A DNA stretch of 64,000 bases from an uncultured Spartobacteria bacterium (GTDB taxonomy: Bacteria; Verrucomicrobiota; Verrucomicrobiia; Chthoniobacterales; UBA6821): the NCBI GenBank assembly GCA_903847935.1, contig CAINEX010000095.1:2651-66650 (forward strand), in the 5' to 3' direction. The position numbers were made by a program, and so were the translations under genes. The notes beneath the pieces were generated by a model. It worked only from the letters and a program-made list of their open reading frames with translations. It ran no database searches and was not told where the DNA came from. Shown piece after piece: positions 56,941 through 64,000 of this stretch (positions within the stretch are counted from its first letter, which is position 1; each line of letters opens with the position of its first letter).

Positions 56941-58032
56941 TCAGTCGACCAGCTGGTACCAGTTATTGCGACGGCGTGGCATGTAACCAGCCTCCCGGAT
57001 AAGCGTCTCGATCTCCTGAGACTCCAGGCGGAAGCTAGTGCCGGCCTTGCTGACAACATTCTCCTCCATCATGACGCTGCCGAAATCGTTCGCCCCGTAG
57101 CGAAGGGCCACTTGGCCGATCTTGGGCCCCTGGGTGACCCAGGAACTCTGCACATTGGTAATATTGTCAAGGTAGATGCGGGAGAGTGCCTGCATCCTCA
57201 GGTACTCGGCGGAACCGACGGGCTCTGCTTTCAGCTTGGTGTTGTCGGGCTGGAAGGTCCAGCAGATGAAGGCCGTGAAGCCACCCGTCTCGTCCTGCTG
57301 AACGCGGAGACGGTCCAGATGCTCGATCCTCTCCTCCAAGGTCTCGACGTGACCGAACATCATCGTCGCACTCGAGTTCAGTCCCATGCGGTGAGCCACC
57401 TCCATGACCTTGAGCCACTGATCACTGTTGGCCTTGAGAGGTGCGATCCTTGTACGGACGCGATCCACAAGAATCTCGCCGCCTCCGCCAGGAATGGAAC
57501 CAAGACCAGCCTCCTTGAAGCGACGGATCAACTCCTCAAGCGGCATCCTGAAGACCTCTGCGAAATGGGTGAACTCCGGCGGGCTGAATCCATGAATGTT
57601 CACATGGGGATACTTCTCCCGGATGTGGGAGAGGAGATCCGTGTACCAGTCGACCGTGAGGGAAGGATGGTGCCCTCCCTGCATGAGGATCTGAATGCCA
57701 CCAGCGGCCGTGAGTTCGTCGAGCTTTTGGTCGATCTCTTCAAAGGAGATCACGTAGCTGTCTGCATCTTTCTCGGTACGGTAGAAGGCGCAAAACTTGC
57801 AGTAGACGTTGCAAATGTTCGTGTAGTTGATGTTCCGGTCAATGATGTAAGTGACGACATCGTTCCCCTTGCCCCCATAAGCTCCTGACAAGGCCAGCTT
57901 CCTGCGGTGATCGGCAAGGGCCCCCAACTCCTCTAGAGGCAACCTGTAAAGCTCAAGCGCCTCCGCCGGCGTGATACGATCACCCTCGATGACACGGTCT
58001 ATCAGACTCTCGGATGCAACGGCAGTGGACAT
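56941..58032 (-). CDS. mqnC: radical SAM menaquinone (futalosine pathway) enzyme, MqnC-like
   Basis: 363 aa. NINYTNICNVYCKFCAFYR (CxxxCxxC), ILMQGGHHP, PGGGGEIL, TMMFGHVE and QDETGGFTAFI. The MqnC versus MqnE subfamily call was made by eye only. Confidence 0.8.
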   Translation of the reverse strand: MSTAVASESLIDRVIEGDRITPAEALELYRLPLEELGALADHRRKLALSGAYGGKGNDVVTYIIDRNINYTNICNVYCKFCAFYRTEKDADSYVISFEEIDQKLDELTAAGGIQILMQGGHHPSLTVDWYTDLLSHIREKYPHVNIHGFSPPEFTHFAEVFRMPLEELIRRFKEAGLGSIPGGGGEILVDRVRTRIAPLKANSDQWLKVMEVAHRMGLNSSATMMFGHVETLEERIEHLDRLRVQQDETGGFTAFICWTFQPDNTKLKAEPVGSAEYLRMQALSRIYLDNITNVQSSWVTQGPKIGQVALRYGANDFGSVMMEENVVSKAGTSFRLESQEIETLIREAGYMPRRRNNWYQLVD

Positions 58033-58103
58033 GGGGAGAACTTAATGGAGGAAGGAGGAATTATGAAGGAGGAAACAAGTGCCTTTTCTGAGAGTGACGG
58101 CCA

Positions 58104-59249
58104 TCACTCCAACTCGAAGTTGATATTAATTGTGTAGCCGCCTGCTCCCCCCATTCCCTCCGGAACGGGAGCGATCTTGATCACCTTGCGAGCCGCTTCA
58201 AGGACAGACTCGTCCATGACCGGATTGCCACTCGGTTTGGCGAGGCCAAAGTCGCTGATCGTCCCGTCACGTTGGATCGTAATCTTGAGCGTCGTTGAGA
58301 AGTCATGCTTGTGCTCGGTCGGGATGGAGGTCGGTTGCTCCCACTGGCTGAAGAATCGGTCATGGATCAGCGTCTGGTAAGCATCGACCGTACTTGCGTC
58401 GGCCCCGTTACCTCCGGCACCCCCGGCACCAGTCCCGCCTCCCTTGGAGGCCAGAAACGCATTCTTGGCATCCGAATTCCCCTTCCCTCCGCCCTTGGCC
58501 ATGGAGGCTTTCTTCGCGTCGCTGGAACTCTTCTTGCCGCCCTCGGCCGACTTCTCGGCAGAGGCCGACTTGTGAGGATGGTCCTCGTTGCTGTTCTCTT
58601 CTGGCTTCGGTTTCTTTTCTGTTTTGGGAGAAGGCTTTGGTGAAGACTTGGGCTTCGGACTAGCTGATTGCCTGGGCTTGGCCGGGGTGTGTTTTGGAGA
58701 GGCTTTCGGGGTTGCCTTGGGAGTCGTTTTTGGAGAGGGCTTGGGAGTCGGGGTCGGAGTAGCGGATGGCGTCGGTGTTGGTGTGGGAGTCTCCTCGGCT
58801 GACGGAGAGGGAGTCGGCTTCGGGATAGGCTTGGGCGTGGCTTTGGGTGTGGGCTTGGGAGTCGGGGTCGGAGTAGCGGATGGCGTCGGTGTTGGTGTGG
58901 GAGTCGGGTGTGCCAAAGAGATCTCGGAAGGAGGTTCTGGCTCTCTCTTATCCTGCTGCTCGTCCCGACGATCGGGCGTCGGGGTTGGTTTTGATTTGGG
59001 TAAGAGATGCGGGCGCGCCGCCTGCTCCGGGATCTCCTCGGAATTCTGCATTTCATCGCTTGGTGGATGAATGGTCTCAGCCACACTCTCCTGAGCTGCG
59101 GAGAAAGATCCTGTCTCCATCCAAGTGAGTTGCCCGGAGGGCTTCTTGATCGACCTATTGAAGAACCAAAGGAGTCCCCCAATCAGGAGAACATGGATCA
59201 GCGCGACGACAATGAGCGCCCTGCGGAAGCGGGGTTCTTGGTTGCTCAT
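58104..59249 (-). CDS. TonB/TolA-like energy-transducing protein with Pro/Thr/Lys-rich repeat linker
   Basis: 381 aa. N-terminal TM (ALIVVALIHVLLIGGLLWF), about 200 aa of (TP)n/(KP)n linker, and a C-terminal TonB_C/TolA-like domain (LKITIQRDGTISDFGLAKPSGNPVMDESVLEAARKV). Directly downstream of the exbB/exbD-like genes. Confidence 0.72.
   Translation of the reverse strand: MSNQEPRFRRALIVVALIHVLLIGGLLWFFNRSIKKPSGQLTWMETGSFSAAQESVAETIHPPSDEMQNSEEIPEQAARPHLLPKSKPTPTPDRRDEQQDKREPEPPSEISLAHPTPTPTPTPSATPTPTPKPTPKATPKPIPKPTPSPSAEETPTPTPTPSATPTPTPKPSPKTTPKATPKASPKHTPAKPRQSASPKPKSSPKPSPKTEKKPKPEENSNEDHPHKSASAEKSAEGGKKSSSDAKKASMAKGGGKGNSDAKNAFLASKGGGTGAGGAGGNGADASTVDAYQTLIHDRFFSQWEQPTSIPTEHKHDFSTTLKITIQRDGTISDFGLAKPSGNPVMDESVLEAARKVIKIAPVPEGMGGAGGYTININFELE
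58737..58905. repeat. perfect 55-bp direct repeat (58737-58791 and 58851-58905), period 114 bp, inside the TonB/TolA-like linker
   Basis: Both copies read GGGCTTGGGAGTCGGGGTCGGAGTAGCGGATGGCGTCGGTGTTGGTGTGGGAGTC on the + strand. They encode the duplicated ...TPTPTPTPSATPTPTPKP... segment. Confidence 0.95.
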
Positions 59250-59256
59250 GTTTGTG

Positions 59257-59691
59257 TTACTGCTTTCCGGGGGAGCCTTGGGAATCGGGACGGGTCATGA
59301 CGCCGACCTTACTGATCCCGGCCTTGTGCAGGAGATCCATCACACCGACAAAGTTCTGCACCGGAAGGTCCCGGTCAGGTCTCAGGACCACGGCAACGCC
59401 GGGTTGCTCCTTCCGGAGAGATGCCATGCGGCTCTCCAGATCCCCCGCAGTGATAACGTCTTCGTTGAGTTTGAGGACATCATTGCGATCGATCGAGACG
59501 GTCTGGACCTGGGCGGGATTGATCTCCGTCTTCGCTGTGGAACTACTCGGCACGATCAGGTCCATGCTGTTCTCCATGAGCGGGGTCGTGATCATGAAAA
59601 TAATCAGGAGCACAAAGGCCAGATCAAGCAAGGGTGTCACGTTCAGTTCGCTGAGCGTGTGAAGCGCGTTGCGGTCGGAGAATCTGCGCAT
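59257..59691 (-). CDS. biopolymer transport protein ExbD/TolR
   Basis: 144 aa. LNVTPLLDLAFVLLIIFMITTP, a typical ExbD/TolR TM and motif. Confidence 0.88.
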   Translation of the reverse strand: MRRFSDRNALHTLSELNVTPLLDLAFVLLIIFMITTPLMENSMDLIVPSSSTAKTEINPAQVQTVSIDRNDVLKLNEDVITAGDLESRMASLRKEQPGVAVVLRPDRDLPVQNFVGVMDLLHKAGISKVGVMTRPDSQGSPGKQ

Positions 59692-59720
59692 GGGATATTC
59701 CTTGAATACTCCTCGTAATC

Positions 59721-60470
59721 CTAAGCGCCGTGCCCCCCGTGGCTCACATAGCGATGCTCGATCTCACTGGAAAGTTCCGCGGCGAAGTTGTCGCAGGAAA
59801 CAATCATGCCCCGGACGCTAGTGACCAGGAAGTTGTAACCGAACATCGCCGGGATGGCGACCAGCAACCCGGTCACGGTGGTGATCAAAGCCCCCGAGAC
59901 ACCCGGAGCCATGGCGGCAAGGCTTGCGCTTCCCGAGGCGGCAATCCCGCCAAAGGCGTCCATCACACCCCAGACCGTGCCAAGGAGGCCGACAAACGGA
60001 GCACCGCTTACGGCCGTCGAGAGAATGATCATTTGGGACTCGAGCCGGAGAGAGGATTCTCCGACCGCACGCTCCATGGCTGCCTGCACCGAGCGCATCT
60101 GCGCGGGGGTGATCCGGTCGGCGTATTTCAGGCGCGTTTTGAATGTTTCGTCGACCTCCGTCGAGCCAAGCACCTGGAAGCAGAGTTCCTCACAGCCAGC
60201 CTGGTAGATTTCATAAAGGGGGGATCCCTCGAACTCGAGACCCGTTTCGAAGATCGTGAGCGGCTCCCTATCGCGGTGGAAGAGTGCCATGAATCGGCCC
60301 GACTGGCTCTTGGCAAAGCCGAGTTCGCGGATCTTGGTGATCATGACCGACCAGCTGAAAATGGACCCTACAAAGAGAACAAGAAGGACGATCTTTCCCT
60401 CGATCGTTGATTCGAGGAAGGCGTAGACGATACCGCTGCCGAGCAACATGGACATTCGAGACAGAATCAC
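59721..60470 (-). CDS. MotA/TolQ/ExbB proton-channel protein
   Basis: 249 aa with three TM segments. Conserved AVSGAPFVGLLGTVWGVMDAF and ALITTVTGLLVAIPA. Confidence 0.88.
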   Translation of the reverse strand: MILSRMSMLLGSGIVYAFLESTIEGKIVLLVLFVGSIFSWSVMITKIRELGFAKSQSGRFMALFHRDREPLTIFETGLEFEGSPLYEIYQAGCEELCFQVLGSTEVDETFKTRLKYADRITPAQMRSVQAAMERAVGESSLRLESQMIILSTAVSGAPFVGLLGTVWGVMDAFGGIAASGSASLAAMAPGVSGALITTVTGLLVAIPAMFGYNFLVTSVRGMIVSCDNFAAELSSEIEHRYVSHGGHGA

Positions 60471-60568
60471 GGCGTTAGCCGGTCCGCCGCAAGACTAAAG
60501 AGGCTCCTTCGGCATTCCCTAGGGAATGTGGCTTTGCCAGAAAGCGTCCCCTTGGATATTGATGCCGG

Positions 60569-61543
60569 ATGCATTGTCGCTCCATCCCGCTCCCAATCCT
60601 TATTCTGGTGGGGGCCCTCTCCGGATATTCCATGAAAGCCGCCGAGCAGGCCCCCCTGCTGACCAATGCCCCGGAAATCACTCCGCCGGAGTCTACCCCA
60701 CAGATCCCCTCCAGTCCCCCACCCTCGGGAAACCGCTACGATGTCCTGTCAAAAATGATCACCCCGATGGCGGGAGTTCTTCTCGGGGGTACTCAGACGA
60801 CGGACCGAGCCATGACACTCAGGGCAACGGTCGGGCAGGTCGCTGGTCGCTTGCCCCAAACCATCAAGGGGGCCTCCTTCAAGGCCATGATCCAGTATCC
60901 CGGACGGATCCGCGTCGAGGCCCCGGTTCTTGGAGAAACTCTCACCATCTGCCGCAACGGAAATCAGGTCTGGGCCTCCCCTGGATCCAAGATCCAGTTC
61001 CTCCTTTCCCAGTTTCTTCACAAGCCGACTCCCAAGCAGAAGAGCAATGCCCCGCTCCAGCTCCCCTTCACCGCACAGCAGGCCGTCCTGCTACCGGCCC
61101 TCTTTCAGCTCGAACAAAGCAGCGAACTGGCCGATATCGGCGGCACACCTTGCCGCGTGGTTGCAGGAGGCCTGATGCCCGAGATTGCGAAGGCCGCGAA
61201 TGCGGAGGATTTCTCCGCAAAGCTCTGGATCTGCTCCGACTATACCCCGAAACGGATCGACATCAGGCGGAGCGATTTTGCGATGTCGTTCCTGATCGAG
61301 GAACTAACCTATGCCCCCTCTTTTCCCGCATCCACCTGGCAGCCCCCCCAAGATGCAAAAGATATCTACCGGTGCGATGCCGCCGATCTTGATCAACTGC
61401 TCTATGTCCTGATGAACTCGCTTCAGATGAGTGCCGGCGACAAGCCGTGGCTGAATGAAGCTGCGCCATCGGCACCCCTACCCAGTGGTCTCCAGGGTCA
61501 CCAGGGACTACCCGGCATCTCCCCACTGGGCCCTATGAATTAA
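60569..61543 (+). CDS. hypothetical secreted protein (possibly LolA-like fold)
   Basis: 324 aa. Signal MHCRSIPLPILILVGALSGYSMKA, a Pro-rich spacer, then a beta-rich region. The fold guess is weak. Confidence 0.5.
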   Translation: MHCRSIPLPILILVGALSGYSMKAAEQAPLLTNAPEITPPESTPQIPSSPPPSGNRYDVLSKMITPMAGVLLGGTQTTDRAMTLRATVGQVAGRLPQTIKGASFKAMIQYPGRIRVEAPVLGETLTICRNGNQVWASPGSKIQFLLSQFLHKPTPKQKSNAPLQLPFTAQQAVLLPALFQLEQSSELADIGGTPCRVVAGGLMPEIAKAANAEDFSAKLWICSDYTPKRIDIRRSDFAMSFLIEELTYAPSFPASTWQPPQDAKDIYRCDAADLDQLLYVLMNSLQMSAGDKPWLNEAAPSAPLPSGLQGHQGLPGISPLGPMN

Positions 61544-61669
61544 GCCAAGCAGATGGCTATGGCGGGACAGGCACGAGGGTGTTAGGTTCCTGCGCTCAAA
61601 CTATCGGGCTTCATTCTTAGCCTAGCTTATCCTTTAGTTTAGGTTTCAACCTTCTTCCTTTTCAGCCCC

Positions 61670-63481
<1,812 letters not shown>

Positions 63482-63589
63482 ACTACCTGCCTGAGCAAGA
63501 GTTCGGAAGGGGGGAACAACGGCTTGAAAAACGCTTTTTGATTTCCTGGAGAGCGATGTTACGTTGTGCATCAGGACTTTCCCCTCTCC

Positions 63590-64000
63590 ATGCAGCATTC
63601 CAGATTATCCATCATCCGAGCGGCCCTAGCTCTCCTCTGCCTGGCAGTCACCTCCACACCGACCGCAAACGCCTATTACTACGGGGGTGGGGGATATTAT
63701 CGTGGCGGCTATGGCGGTTATTACCATGGCGGGTACTGGGGTGGGAACGGGGGCTGGTACGGCACTGGCATTCCGAATGGATTGGGCTGGACCATGTTCG
63801 GACTCGGAGCAGCTGGAGCCGCGGCGGCCATCGCCGCTCCTTATGTTGCTCCTCCTGTCTATGCTGCACCGGCTCCGGTTGTGTATACGGCACCTGGCTA
63901 TTACCAACCAGCACCCGAGGCAGCAGTCATCCAAGAGGTTCCAGCGTCGGCGTCAGCGGCTCCTCCCAATGACATGTTGAGCAAAGCTCAGGCCAAACTT
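63590..64000 (+). CDS. partial CDS: secreted Gly/Tyr-rich low-complexity protein (runs off window)
   Basis: My own translation from the ATG at 63590 is open to the window end. MQHSRLSIIRAALALLCLAVTSTPTANA signal, then YYYGGGGYYRGGYGGYYHGGYWGGNGGWYG, then an Ala/Pro/Val/Tyr-rich stretch. It is absent from the ORF track because no stop lies in the window. Confidence 0.5.
   Translation, partial: MQHSRLSIIRAALALLCLAVTSTPTANAYYYGGGGYYRGGYGGYYHGGYWGGNGGWYGTGIPNGLGWTMFGLGAAGAAAAIAAPYVAPPVYAAPAPVVYTAPGYYQPAPEAAVIQEVPASASAAPPNDMLSKAQAKL

Overview
The window looks like core chromosome from a Gram-negative bacterium of roughly mid-50s % GC (estimated by eye). I call about 65 protein-coding genes and 3 tRNAs (Phe-GAA, Thr-UGU and a type-II Leu). 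The long-form IspG, a futalosine-pathway radical SAM gene, many BNR/GT39-type envelope genes and the ribosomal protein sequences suggest a PVC/Verrucomicrobiota-like organism, but that is a low-confidence inference.

Gene content, left to right:
- tRNA-Phe, thiD-rarA, and LPS-core genes (GT9, GT4, kpsF)
- efp
- a malonate module (madLM, a family III CoA-transferase, malonyl-CoA decarboxylase)
- hisD-folP-cdaA-glmM
- a two-gene exopolysaccharide locus: a GH18-like/CE4/GT2 fusion synthase plus a GH26-like hydrolase
- maf, ruvX, truA, a cell-wall amidase, a desaturase
- an envelope glycosylation cluster (ABC-2 permease, GT39, BNR propeller)
- tRNA-Thr followed by a low-GC stretch with few ORFs
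- a XylR-like regulator with gmd-fcl
- a UvrD-family helicase, purN, rpmA-rplU, tRNA-Leu, a DAHP synthase, yajQ
- ispG-rseP, pheST-rplT-rpmI, mqnC, tolQRA/exbBD-tonB-like genes, and an ABC-F ATPase

Many adjacent genes share ATGA stop/start overlaps. I used these to trim ORF-track N-terminal extensions.

I found no CRISPR array, transposase, integrase, rRNA or recognisable defence system.

The candidates most worth follow-up are:
1. The malonate module, which has no synthetase and no ACP-type genes.
2. The three-domain EPS synthase locus.
3. A tRNA-Leu that folds by hand with an A34 (AAG) anticodon.
4. An EF-P with Asn where the modified Lys/Arg normally sits.
5. A cdaA-glmM pair separated only by a 64-codon CdaR-like stub.

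All functional calls come from motif and family recognition by eye. No searches were run.
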